From positions 506,074-570,073 of the forward strand of contig NW_003314273.1 in the NCBI RefSeq assembly GCF_000143415.4: a stretch of DNA of 64,000 nt, in the 5' to 3' direction. Numbering within the stretch: the stretch's first letter is position 1; each line of letters starts with the position of its first letter. Below, one piece after another: positions 38,901-51,246 of the stretch. The notes below the pieces were generated by a model. That model was not told the origin of the DNA. It saw only the letters and a program-made list of their open reading frames with translations, and did no database searches. The DNA is from Selaginella moellendorffii. Taxonomy: Eukaryota > Plantae > Lycopodiophyta. The position numbers and the translations under genes are program-made.

Positions 38901-41582
38901 CACTACTACTCTTACTCCTACTCCCCAGTTGTAGATATGGGTGTCTTGAGAGAGAGGGAGAGGATATTTTGATTCTTAAAATATTCCAAATGATTGTATA
39001 AAAACCATGTGAGGGTGAAATATCAAGGGTCCTCCTCATTTTCTCTTGTTGTTGAGTTTGAAGCTGCAGCTTTGTGAGTTTATATGTGAGGGATGGATCC
39101 ATAATTGGGGCTAAAAGATGCCCTAATAGATACTCTTTCCACCTTTTGCCTTTGGGTGCCCTAGACATGTGGCTAGAGCAAGGTTTTGATAAGCAATGCC
39201 AGGTATCCAAGTAGGTAGTGCCACCCACACTTAGATTGGGAGCATTGACTATTTGATCTCCTGGGGGAGTTAGAGTTAGATCTTGAATATTTCACCAAGT
39301 TACCCCACTTGTCTGTCTATATTCACTTTAGTCTTGGACTCCTCAATGGTTATATCATCACCCACCACATGGGTATAACCTTCCTTAGCCACATTGGTTT
39401 TACTAGCCAAATTAGTTCCACTGAAGTCCTCCCCTTACTATCCTTTTAAAGCTCACTTGGGAAATAATTGCTTTGGGATTTCATTTCAGATTCAAACTCA
39501 AACTTGGACTAGGTCTTGGACTCAGTCTTGGACTTGGTCTTGGACTCGGTCTGAGTCTTGGCCTCTATTTTGGTCCCAGTCCCAGTCCCAGTCCCTGTCT
39601 CAAGCTCCATTTTGGGCTCCATTTTGGGCTCCATCTCAGACTCCTTCTTAGACTCCATCTAGACTTGATCTTGGGTCCATCTCAAACTTTATCTTATGCT
39701 CCATCTTGGGTCCATTTTGGGTCCATCTCGGACTCTTTCTCGGACTCCATCTTGCATCCATCTCAAACTTCAATTCGGACTCTATCTTAGACTCTTCGGA
39801 TTCCATCTCAAGTCCATCTCGGACTCAATTCTGACACTTCCACGTGTCATATGTTGATCCTTTTGTTTCCCTTTTCTAGAGGCTTGCTTATTGATTGCTT
39901 TATGCTTTCAATGGGAGTTCCACTCTTGCTCTCAACTTTTTGAGTTAAATCTTTTAGTCCAAATGTGTTACACTTGTTTAGCTTCCACTTCAACCACTAC
40001 CACATGGCACCCTTTTGGCTCCACTCTAGATAGCTATTGTTTGAGGATGCAAGAAGAGCAGAGATAAAAAGGTTTTAATTTCCCTTAAACTATTTAAATG
40101 GTCTAGAGTTTAGGGTTTAAGGATTTGTGTCTTATAGAAGTGTAAGTGTTATTACCTACTTGGATATTTGGTATGGCTTATCGAAACCTCGCTCTAGCCA
40201 TATGGCTAGGGCACCTAGAGGCAGAAGGTGGGGAGAGTACCCGCAATGTTTGCATTGGGCTATAGTGTTTTGAAATATTATCCTAAAGTCCTAGACTGTG
40301 GAAAGGAAAAGGAGTAATCCTCTTGTGTAGTGACTAAACATATAATCACGTGGCAAGGAAGTTTTAGAGGTGAATAGGACTTAGTGGTCAGGCCTTCAGG
40401 CCTTTGGGCTAACCCAGTGGTAGTGTTGGCAAGCACAACTATGGATGGAAAGGGATTAGATAAAGACTGAAAAAGGGATATTAAAGAAAGGTGTTTTCTA
40501 TGTCTCTAGGCATCCTAAGGATGTTAAAATGTGGTCATAAGATGACCACTCATGGATAGATGACTCAATCTTTGGGAGACAGCATTGTGGTATAGGTAGT
40601 TCTAGGCTACCAATTAAATAAAGGTGAATGGATATAGCCTTAGTATAATAAGATGATATGTTATTGGTATCTTTAGGTGTTTATCGTGGGATTGGACATT
40701 TGGAGCATTTGGACCAAGTGCAAAAGTTGAGTGGCATACAAGTCATTCATGAGGATAGCAAGTCCTTCAGATGGGAATAAAATTTATAAAAATGGTGAGT
40801 GAAACTCCTCCAAATGGTCAAATGTGTGGTTAAGTGATTTAGTTGCTTACATAAGGAGGATGTTCTAATATTACTTTCTATAACCCATTTAATTTATATG
40901 AATTTTTTATGATGCTGTATAGATTGAATAATTCTTTGGAGACTTTTTGGATGATATTCTTTACAATATGTTAAAGGTGACTATTAATTTCATTGATAAT
41001 GTTTTGATCCACTTTAAGGGGACATAGGAGGAACACACTTGTGATGTTTGTAAAACATTGGGATCAGCTATAGGAAGTTAATTTGACATTGATACGGTTA
41101 AAATATATATATCTTGAGGATTATATTTTTCATGAAAATTTACAAATTGATTTTGACAAACTTGTGGATGTTATGAAGTTCTCTATTCCAAAGTGCATGA
41201 ACAATATGCAACACTTTCTTGACAAGGTGTAATATCTTTTTCATGTTATTGTCTTTTTTATCATTGCAAGCATTAATGAAGTTGTTCATACTATTTTTCA
41301 TCTAATTTGGGATTGTGAATAGACATTTATAGATCTTAAAGATGTGTTGACAATTTTTCTAGTTTTTGAGTATTTTAACTACACTCAACCTTTTGTAAAT
41401 GCTTTTGACATTATCTCAAAGGTGTGTTGTTGCAAAAGAGCATGATTGTGTTTGGTTAATATAATTCTATTGTGTATATTAGCCATATGTTGCAACTAAT
41501 GGAGGTGAACTACTCCATGAAAACAAAACTTTCAAAAAGATTTATGCGTATTTGCATAGTTTTTAGACATTGTTAAAAGGTG

Positions 41583-44500
41583 ATTATATTGCAGTCTTTT
41601 CATTATTAAAGTGGAAGAATTTTGCTAGTGTAATGCATGTGATTATGGGATGAAATTTGGATATATTGTTATTGTGGATTCTTGGAACTTTCAGGAATAA
41701 ATAAGGATAAAATAGCCACTAAGGGTTCTTTCATCCTTTTCCAGTTGGTTTAAGGGGAGAAAGATAGTGTGGTATCGGAGCAAATGGCACGGGTTCAAAT
41801 CCTATTAATTAGTGGTTACTTAAAAATATAATATACCCTTGAGCAACATATATTCCTACTCCTAAATTTGAAATCGTACGTATTGGGCATCCATGCGTAC
41901 ATCCTTCCTCTTAGTAGAGTATCCACGAACGAAGGTATCCACTGTGGGACTACGGTATGAGTGGATGACTAGTTGCCTTATATGGAATAACTGGTTTACA
42001 CAATAAAAGGATTAGTAAATTCAATATGGAAATAGAAGTGTTGCTAATTCAATATGGAAATAGCATGATCTAACATTGCTAATAGAGTTGAGTTTACTTT
42101 TACGATTGCTATAAGTTGATAATATTAGGACTTGGGATTAATATTTGATGACCATTCTTGCACTACTTGGAGCAAAGTTTGTTAAACACTTCTGCCACAT
42201 ATAAATGAGATAATAGTAATGTTATGTGGAGTATAAAGTTGTCATGAATGTGACTTTGGGTATCGAAAGTTACTTGTCGGCTAGTCCTTACGGACACAAT
42301 TTCCTTACTGCCACGATAGCAGGAGGTCAGTATTGTTGGACCCATTATCAGTTCTCACTTGGGATAATTGAGAAATTAATCAATAACCATGCACTTAGAT
42401 TGGATAAATATAACGTAGGAACCCCTATGTGTTTCTTGCTGAGCATACTCAGCCTAGTTTGAGAAACTTGTGTCATTGGCTTGTACTTGCTAGTATTAAG
42501 AACCCGCATAATATTGAGTTTGGTCCCTCAATATTGTTAGATGATAGCTTATCGTGTCTACCAAACACTCTTACTATCATACCTTTTGTGTTAGTCTCAT
42601 TTTGGTCCCAAATGCTATTTATAAAAAGTGTCCAAATTTGCTTATTTAGCATATCTACGGAATGTAGAGATTCTCATGAACACAATAATGTTCGTCTCGT
42701 ATCCAAATTTGCAATCTAAGAACATTCCATATTTAGTAAGTTTTAAGCTTATTCTAGAGACTAACTTCTGGTACTAAGGGAAGCTTGGGGTGAAAGCCCA
42801 AAGCGTGTGTTCCTCAAAGGGGGGGGGATGGAGGCTATGGGGGGTTCCAAATGTATAGTAGGGATAGTGGGTAGGTCGCACATGGCTGATCAACCTGAGG
42901 CATAGTTTAACTCTTGCTTACATGTTTCTCTTTGTTTTGCATTTGGCTTAGGTCTAAGCCCAAGTTCCACACCATACTAGCTAGTGAAGTACCCATGTCT
43001 TTATGTTAGGCCACCGGTATTCCAAAATAACACTAGACTCCGTTTGGCTCCGTTTTGCATGCTGATCTTGTCATTAGGATGTTGGTTGCTCTATGACTGT
43101 TTCAAGTCACTCTAGGCTCCTGTCCCTTCACTCCTTTGGCTATATGCTTGGGAGTTGCTTTATGGTCCAGTTCCGTCACTTAGCTCCATGCTTGGTAGTT
43201 TGGGATTTGTTCTTTCGTTTAGTGGCCCAAGGCCTTGAACCTCAGGTTCCACACCACTTGTCCTTTGGACACGTGGCATGTGACACATGGCATATGACAT
43301 ATGGCACATGGAGGGTTTAGGTTCCACTTCATAGTGTTATCCTATGATAAATCATTATAGGATAGGAGGTAAAAACCAAGTGCGCTACAAAAGTGGATGA
43401 TTGGTATTTGTTTATTTTCCCAATTTTATAGTGTATAATTTACCTAATGGGCTCTTTGCTTAGTAGAAAGGATTGTATCAAATGTTGTGGCAAGTTAGAT
43501 TCCAAATTTATGATCATCACCAATTTATGTCATCATTGTGGTGAACTTAGATATTATAAAACTGATTATTCACAATTGAAGAATAAGTAATAAAGAAAAA
43601 AGAATAGTTAATCTTTTATTAGCATTAAGTTGAATACTAAAAAGTTGCAAAATTTGCAAAGTAAAGATGACAAAAAAGACTATTCTGATTAAAGGAAGAG
43701 ACTTTTAATCACTATTTGATAACTCAACTATATGTAGAATAATTAAAGGAACCTCAAGAGAAGGCATAACATAGTTTATGCAAGGTTAAACATCTTTGTC
43801 TTTGTTATTTAGTGCTAGGTCATAACAGTGTATTATTTGAAGTTGTTAAAGTTGGGAAGCTAGACAATTTGCATCCCTCATAAAGCATTGTTTGTAATAC
43901 AGAGAAATACTGTTCTTCTTTATTCAGAATTCAAGATTGCTTCTTTAGTGGGATATGGCTGAAATCAAATATCTCCTTGAGACCGAAAATAAGTTTCTCT
44001 GCATCTTGATCTCCATCTGATGACGATTCTTCCACCATATAAGCAATAGCATCATCCCTAATATTGTCCTTGAACTCCACATGCTCTCCATCACTAAAAA
44101 CAGCTTCTCCTCCTTCCTCTGAACCACATGAGCTTGACGATCTTGTTACCAAGCACACATACTTCTGCCACCAATTTGCTTTTTGAAACTGTTGTATGAC
44201 ATTGAATTTAGCAGACACAAAACTTTTTATTTGTTCTTTTTTAGATACAACATCCTATGAGTCCATTCTGAGTTCATGCAGCTCAACAGCAAACATGACC
44301 AAAATGAAGAAACGAGAAATGAAGTTGGCTCCGAGCTCGAGAAGTTGGCTGCAAGGATTGGTCAACTGGAGGCCAGTGCTCGGACTCTAGCATCGGAGAA
44401 GCCAACTCTCAAGAGTCAAATCCAGAAGTTGGATCTCCAAGCAAGTTGAGCAGCACAGGAGGAGGCCACTAAAGCTATAGACCAGTTAAGTCGAGAGAAG

Positions 44501-45858
44501 ATCGACCTTCTCGAGGACTCGACTCCAAAGATTTGCAACTGTCCAAGACGTGAAAGCAGTGCGTGACAACCGTGTCTCAGGGCTCCAGGCGGAGAAGTCC
44601 ATCACACTTCAGGCGTCTAAACAGGCCAGCGACCAGCCTCCACACTCTTCTAAGTCAAGAGAAGATCAATGGATCAAGTTTGACTACACTCTACAGTGTC
44701 TGGAGCAAGGAGGGATCTATCTTATCAGCTTTCCAGTCGACGGAGATGAGACAGGAGATACTGCTGCGGTATAATGTTCACAGCTTGAAGGAATAGTAGC
44801 AAGGGAACGACTGCAACGAGATGGTGATAGCGAGAATATGATATAGCTGAAGCTGCTCGTGACGGTGGGGGTATTCGGATTCACAGAGAGGGCTGCAGAG
44901 ACTATAAGACAGACTACACTCGACGTTCTCTGTCATCTGGTAGAGCTCTCTAGTTGACGGAGACTTTGAAAACGGGTCAGGGCTGTCCAGGAATGCTCGT
45001 ACAGCTGCTCGGATGAAAGTATCAGCAAAGAACTCAGTGTCAGATTGCTTCAAGGGAAATCAAATCCAAAAGTTGGAGCGGGAAAACTCGGAGCTGTGGC
45101 CAAATATCCAAGCAAGTCGAGCACCACAGTAGCAGGTCACTAAAGCGTCAAGTCTGAGCTAAAGACCAGTCTCCACACTCTAAGTCGAGGGAAGATCAAC
45201 GACTGGAATTGAAAGTTTCGGAAGATGGTGGCCGAGATGGAGAGTCGAAAGCGGCGGTTGACGAGGCTCCAGGCGGAGCAGTCGGCTGGAAGTGCAGCAG
45301 AGTCCATCAAACTTCGGCATCTAAACAGGCTAGCCCGCCTCCACACTCTTCTAAGTCAAGAGAAGATCAATGGATCAAGTTGGGCTACACTCTACAGTGT
45401 CTGGAGCAAGGAGGGATCTATCTTATCGGCTTTCCAGTGGACGGAGATGATTCAGGAGCGCCTGCTGCGGTAAGGCTGTCCATGGTAGTAGCGAGGAACG
45501 ACGTAAACCAGTGTCAGATGGCTGCAAGATGGCGAGAAGACGATATAGCTGAAGCTGCTCGTGACTGGGGTTTCGGATGGCTGCAGAGACTATAAGACAG
45601 ACTACGCTAGACGTTCTCTGTCATCTGGTGGAATGAGGGAAGTGTTCGGACAGGAGTTCTTGAAGGAGAAGCCCCAGGGGATAATGGCTGACGGAGTCGA
45701 ATCCGCTGCACGAGGTGGAGCTCTCGGCGAGAGCACGTGATGGCGGAGTTTGGAAGTGCAAAGGCGAGGCTGGAGAAGCAAGTAACTGGCAGCTGATGGA
45801 GAGGATCACGGGACTCGAGGCGCTGGAGGAGAGAGAGACGTGCCAGATGCAAAGCAAA
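41583..45858 (+). repeat. Segmental duplication, copy 3 (partial, with two deletions and two micro-inversions)
   Basis: Matches 23574-30810 with deletion junctions near 43550 and 44305. Homology ends at gcaaagcaaag (about 45858), where copia sequence begins. Confidence 0.9.
42240..43389 (+). mobile_element. Solo LTR, copy 3
   Basis: aaagt|TGTCAT...GCTACA|aaagt. Confidence 0.9.
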
Positions 45859-45859
45859 G

Positions 45860-46833
45860 TGAATAAGCCGGACTTGGTTAGAAGTGAGGATGGTGTCCAC
45901 ATAAAGCTCTAGGAAGAGAAATCCTTTGCCTTTTAAGACATATCTCTTTGCAAAATTCGAGATGGCGGACCTTGGTGAGCTGCATTACTGCCTTGGAATC
46001 CAAGTACGACGCAACAGGAGACATGGGATTCTCGAGCTCTCTCAAGAAAAATACATCTTAGATGTACTTCAGAGGTACTCTATGCTCGATGCTAATCCTG
46101 TGGCCACTCCTAAGCCCTCAGGCCTTAAGCTTTCTAAAGCTTCTACATCCGAGACATAATGCACTGCCGAGGAGGAGAAAAGCGCCAGAACTCTCTACCG
46201 TTCGATGGTCAGCAGCTTGATATATCTCGTGATTTCAACAAGGCCAGATTTGGTAGGCTGCGTGGCAAAGTACTTGGAAAATCTATCGCAAGAACACTTT
46301 GCTGCTGTTAAGAGAATCCTGAGGTTGCTGGAACTAAGCACTACTCTCTTCAATTTTCCAGAGGAGAGAGCTCCACCTCTGATGCCAACTGGGCGGGAGA
46401 CGTAAATGACAGGAGATCAACGACAGGCTATGTCTTCCTCCTGAATGGGAACGTGGTGAGCTGATGCTCGAAGAAGCAGGCTATCACAGCCATGTCCTCA
46501 ACGGAATCAGAATACGTAGCAGCAGCAGCAGCAGCAAAAGAAGCAGTGTGGCTGAGCAAGCTGCTTGAAGACTTGCGAATCCGAGTCCCTCCCATCAAGC
46601 TTTAGTGTGACAATCAGTCTCTCAGATGAAATGGAACCTCAGTTTGATGTGCTTCGTTCTTGAATAGAATCGAGAGTTCCTTGTGGGAACTCATTGACAA
46701 AGGCAAAATTCTTCTGGAATTTTGTCCTACCAACACAATGCTGGCAGACGTCCTGACCAAGGCTTTACCTCGTGTACAGCATCAAGTCTTCCTAAAGACA
46801 CTCAAGCTAGGTGACGGAAACCTTGAGGAGGAG
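45860..46833 (+). mobile_element. Ty1/copia RT-RNase H relic with PPT; 3' LTR probably starts at 46834
   Basis: KFEMADLGELHYCLGIQV, LSQEKY, TRPDL, ANWAGDVNDRRSTTGYVF, SKKQ...SSTESEY, MLADVLTKAL. PPT gaggaggag is followed by TGTTGG. Frameshifts and stops. Confidence 0.88.
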
Positions 46834-47294
46834 TGTTGGGAAGCACAAGGTCCACATCACTAGCCAACCGTCAAGAGTCGTCACATCCTCTTGTATAGAA
46901 CCACCAAGACGCAATGAAGTAGCTACCGAGCCATATCCACAAATCCTACATCCCGGCCTTGTGGAAAACCCCCACGAGTGCTTCTTTCTCCTCTTCCTTG
47001 GTCGTCCGCGAGAAGAAGTAATCCACTATATCTTCGCGCGCCCAGTCCGATTATGTCATCCAGATCGCTTGCATATCATCCCTGGCTTTTTCTAGAGGAT
47101 CCATCTATAGTTTCAGGCGATCAAGAGCTCCCCAAGCTAGATGCGTTCTCATCCATGGTGCTGCAGACCTGGGATTGCCTTTGTCGCCCACATCGCCGCG
47201 CTGGATCAGGAAATCGATAGAGCGCTGGATCGAGAGATCGATCGAAAAAGCAAAGCCCTAGAATTTGATTACATCGTCCCTCCTTTAGGGCTTT

Positions 47295-49673
47295 ATGCAA
47301 ATGCTACAACAGCCCAGTGTCTCCTCGCTTCTCCTGGCGCTCAAGGAATGCGGCAGCGCGCGGGATCTCCTGCGGGGAAGGATCGTCCACGGCGATGCGA
47401 TCCAATCCGGCCTCGCGGCGGACATCTTCGTCGCCACGACGCTGGTAAGCATGTACTCCAAATGCGGCAGCATGGCCGACGCGCGCAAGGTCTTCGACGC
47501 CATGCCCAGCCGGAATCTGGTCTCCTGGACCGCTCTCATGCTGGGATACGCGCAGAACGGGGAACCCGAGCTCGCGCTGGGACTGTTCCAGCAGCTCCAG
47601 CACTGTGCCACTTCGCTGGATCGATCGACTCTCCTAGCGGCGCTTACGGCCTGCCGGAATCTGGCTGCCAAGGGACAGGAATGCGAGAGCTTGAGAAGGA
47701 GCTGCTTAGAGAAGGGGGCGGACATCCATTGTCTTGCTGCGAAGAATGGATTGGAAGAAGATATCTTCGTGGCGAGTAGCTTGGTGGATATGTACGTCAA
47801 GTGTGGGAGCTTGGTGGATGCTCTTCGGGTTTTCCGCGGGATTCCACGCAACAATGTGGTCTCGTGGACTGCCATGGTTTTCGGCTACGTGCAAAACGGG
47901 GAGTTCGCGACTGGATTGGCGCTCTTTGCTCGGATGCAGCTGGAAGGCTGTGATCCGGGAGATCAAACTTTTGTCGCTGCGATCAAGGCGTGCAGTGGCT
48001 TGGCAGCGAAAGAAGAAGGCCGAAAGAGATATGGTTGCAAGGTGGTCGTGAAGGAAAAATCGTTGGAGAAAGGAAGAGTGATCCACTCTCAGGCAGCCAA
48101 CTGCGGATGCGACCAATTCGTTACGAGTAGCCTGGTGGAGATGTATCTCAAGTGCGGGAGTGTGGTGGATGCTCGTCGAGTCTTTGACGGGATTCCACGT
48201 AAGAATGTGGTGTCTTGGACGACGCTCATCCTAGGATACGTCCAGGTCGGGAGACCAATGGTAGCTTTGGAACTTTTTGCGTTGATGCAGCAGGAAGGTT
48301 GCTCTCCGGATGCTAAGACCTTCGTTGTTGCCTTGCAGGCCTGCGCGAGCTTGGCAGCTATGGAAGATGAGGACGAAGGCAAGACGAAGAAGAGCTCGAA
48401 GTCATTGCTGCTGAGAAAAGGTACGAGCATTCATTTTCAAGCTGTTCAAGCGGGTTTTAGTTCTGATGTTTTCTTGGGCAGCAGCTTGATCAACATGTAC
48501 GCGAAGTGTGGAAGTATCTTGCGTGCTCAGGAGGTGTTTGACCTGATGAAGTTTCATGACGTTGTTTCTTGGACAACGTTGATCCTCGGGTACGCTCAGA
48601 ACGGAGAAGGTGAGCATGCGTTACTTCTCTTTCAAATAGCTCTTGACAAGAACTTGGTAAACTCTCAGAGCTTCGTTGCAGCTCTGAAGGCATGCACGAG
48701 TCCGCTGGAAGGGCTGGAGGACGCTGACGGGAAGCTGCTTAAACTCGAGAGAGGAATGGCCGTCCACTCCGAGGCCGCTCGAAGAGGCTACGAGCCGGAC
48801 ATCTTTGTGGCGAGCACACTAGTCGACTTTTACGCAATGTGTGGAAGCCTGGAGGATGCTAGCCGTGTCTTCAACCGGATGGAGAAACACAACTCGGTAA
48901 CTTGGAAGGCAATGCTACAGGCTTGCGTCCACAACGGAGAAGCAGAGACGGCACTACACTTGTTCGCGTGCATGAACTTGGAAGGCTTCGTGCCGGACAG
49001 CGGGGCATTCAGTGTGGCTCTGAAGGCCTGCTCGAGCACCGGAGCACTGGAAGTGGGACGAAGTCTACACAGGGAACTTCGGATTTCTGGCCTGATGGAC
49101 GACACAATGGTGGCGAACTGCCTGTTGGACTTCTACGGCAAGTGTGGCAGCATGGTGGAAGCTCAGGAGGTATTCAACTCGATTTCTTCCAGAGATGTGA
49201 TATCTTGGACTTCGCTGATTGCAGGATACAGTCAAAGAGGCGAGATCGACAGAGTTTTCTGCCTGCTCCGCGACATGAGAGACGATGGCTTGGATCCAAA
49301 CAAAGTGACGCTCCTGGCAGTCTTAAGCGCGTGCAGTCATGCCGGCCTGGTTGACAGAGGTAAGGAGTTTTTCTTTTCCATGGGCTCCAAGTATGGGCTA
49401 GCTCCAGAGCTTGAGCATTACCACTGTGTGATAGATATGCTGGGAAGAGCCAACCAGCTCGAGGAGGCAGTGGCGATGGTGAAGTCGATGCCTCACAAAG
49501 CCAACGTGGTTACATGGACGATTGTACTGACCGCCTGCCGGAAGTGGAAGAACGTAGAGGTGGGAAGAATTGCTTTTGAGTCGCTACTGAGATTGGATTC
49601 CAGGCACACAGCGGCTCATGACTTGATGGCTAACATTTTAGAGAATACCCAAGACAATGCTGCTGGGTTCTAG
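47295..49673 (+). CDS. PLS-class pentatricopeptide repeat protein with E domain, no DYW (organellar RNA-editing factor type)
   Basis: Intronless 792 aa. Repeating LVxMYxKCGS / NVVSWT / TFVAAL P-L-S triplets. C-terminal EHYHCVIDMLGRA...E domain. Confidence 0.95.
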   Translation: MQMLQQPSVSSLLLALKECGSARDLLRGRIVHGDAIQSGLAADIFVATTLVSMYSKCGSMADARKVFDAMPSRNLVSWTALMLGYAQNGEPELALGLFQQLQHCATSLDRSTLLAALTACRNLAAKGQECESLRRSCLEKGADIHCLAAKNGLEEDIFVASSLVDMYVKCGSLVDALRVFRGIPRNNVVSWTAMVFGYVQNGEFATGLALFARMQLEGCDPGDQTFVAAIKACSGLAAKEEGRKRYGCKVVVKEKSLEKGRVIHSQAANCGCDQFVTSSLVEMYLKCGSVVDARRVFDGIPRKNVVSWTTLILGYVQVGRPMVALELFALMQQEGCSPDAKTFVVALQACASLAAMEDEDEGKTKKSSKSLLLRKGTSIHFQAVQAGFSSDVFLGSSLINMYAKCGSILRAQEVFDLMKFHDVVSWTTLILGYAQNGEGEHALLLFQIALDKNLVNSQSFVAALKACTSPLEGLEDADGKLLKLERGMAVHSEAARRGYEPDIFVASTLVDFYAMCGSLEDASRVFNRMEKHNSVTWKAMLQACVHNGEAETALHLFACMNLEGFVPDSGAFSVALKACSSTGALEVGRSLHRELRISGLMDDTMVANCLLDFYGKCGSMVEAQEVFNSISSRDVISWTSLIAGYSQRGEIDRVFCLLRDMRDDGLDPNKVTLLAVLSACSHAGLVDRGKEFFFSMGSKYGLAPELEHYHCVIDMLGRANQLEEAVAMVKSMPHKANVVTWTIVLTACRKWKNVEVGRIAFESLLRLDSRHTAAHDLMANILENTQDNAAGF

Positions 49674-50096
49674 ATCTGGAAGAACCCAGCGTTTTTCTGT
49701 TTAGATCTATAACTTGGGTATATGGAAACTTTCTCTTGCTTCTCTCCTTGATCGCTTAGCTTGAATAGCATTCCAGGAAGAGAAAGAAAGCACCTCTTCT
49801 AGCTACTTCTATACAAAATGGAAGAGCTCCTTTTAGTCGGAGGAAAAGATTTCTTCGCTCTCTGCGAGAGAGAATCAAACACTCACTGTCGAGGACACTC
49901 TGTGAGATGATTCTATGGCGTTTAGACAGGAAAAATCTCACAAGGAATGGCCCCAAAGCATCACTCTTCGCTCCCAGCGTATCAGCGAATGCCACGAGAG
50001 GCGCTGCATCGTGATCATTGGGGAGCAAGCATCCTTTTAGGGTTAGCCCTAAATTTTGCCCTTCTAAGTCAGAGGGGGATTTAGGGCTCTTGGGCT

Positions 50097-51061
50097 ATGG
50101 CGCACGCTGCCGTGGAGGGTTTGGAGGTCGCGGCAGCTGTGGCCGAGCTCGCCGATGCCGCCATGGGAGCATACGAGCGTCGCAAGCACCACGCCGTGGC
50201 GGTGCAGCGGGATGCCGAGGAAGCGCTGGTGAAGGAAAGGGCCGAGAATGACAAGCTTCGCTCGGCGCTCGACATGTACAGGGATGTGATCCAGGAATTC
50301 TCGTCCAGGGGATTGCTGGAGCATATGCATCAGTTGAATGGGATGGATCCGGATCAGGTTAGTCGATCTCTCCTGTTCCCTTTTGGAGAATTGAGACGAA
50401 TTGGGTCATTGTGGTTGTCAGCTGTGTGATAAACTCAAAGAGCGAGTCGATTCTCCCGAGTTTTTGGAGAAACTGGGAACGATTGTCACGTCCAAAGACA
50501 AGGAGGATGGCGAGAAGGAGAACACTTGGGTTGTCTTGGATGGGATGGAGGGGGCCGAGGATTACGTTGTGATCACTCAAGAGGATATTGTCGATAGCAT
50601 TGCCTCGTACATGGCAAAGTACCTCGCAACTCAACCCAAAGCTCAGGTAACGCTCTTGCAAGTTTGTTTCTCGCGATGGCTTCTAACTTCTGGAGGTTTT
50701 GCTAGAACATGTCTCCGGATGAACTGCAAAATGGTAAAGCTCGATCGAAATCTCTCGTTTCTGTGTCTTCTATAATTCTCCTTTGCCGTGTGTCTCAGCT
50801 CTTAGCAAAGCGTTTTCCGCCAAGGACAAGCCGGGATTCTTTCGGAGGCTTTGGGGAGCGGGCAAAGTAATGTACACGATCGCGTCTTGGACCGCCACTG
50901 GCGTGGGGTAAGCCATGATTTTAATTTTTTTTTGCTACTTCTTCCTGGACTGAAGCTAAAACTTTCCTTGCTACAGGCTATACAGAAACCCGGTCCTTGT
51001 TCGAGCAGCTTTCATGGCAATTCGAACAACAGTGACTCTTCTCCTCAGACTTCTCCGCTAA
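50097..51061 (+). CDS. Conserved plant protein of unknown function; exons about 50097-50357, 50422-50646, 50706-50732, 50799-50906, 50977-51061
   Basis: GT-AG introns give a continuous frame (EDYVVITQEDIVDSIASYMAKYL...ALSKAF...WGAGKVMYTIASWTATGVGLYRNPVLVRAA). Confidence 0.75.
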
Positions 51062-51206
51062 AAGGCGAGGAACAAAATTCGCAAATCAATCGAATCGAAG
51101 CTAAAAAGCTTGTAAAAAATCTGTACATTATGATTTCTTAGCGGTTACAACGATGAAAATGGACGATGAATGGAAGACTAAAAAACCTTAATGGATTTCT
51201 TCTTAT

Positions 51207-51222
51207 AAAACCCTAGGGTTTT
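51207..51222. promoter_or_regulatory. Palindromic double telo-box upstream of FPG
   Basis: AAAACCCTAGGGTTTT ends 24 nt before the ATG. Confidence 0.55.
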
Positions 51223-51246
51223 AATTGTGTTTTCGAATAGATAGCT

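Larger units (their letters stand above)
23574..41582 (+). repeat. Segmental duplication, copy 2
   Basis: Colinear with copy 1 except that it lacks the 16527-22423 LTR element and has different sequence at about 32117-33760 versus 7765-9934. Confidence 0.93.

Noticed and set aside
49756-50028. 90-aa minus-strand ORF between the PPR gene and the unknown gene
   Set aside because: Non-ATG start, no recognisable motif, overlaps a probable promoter.
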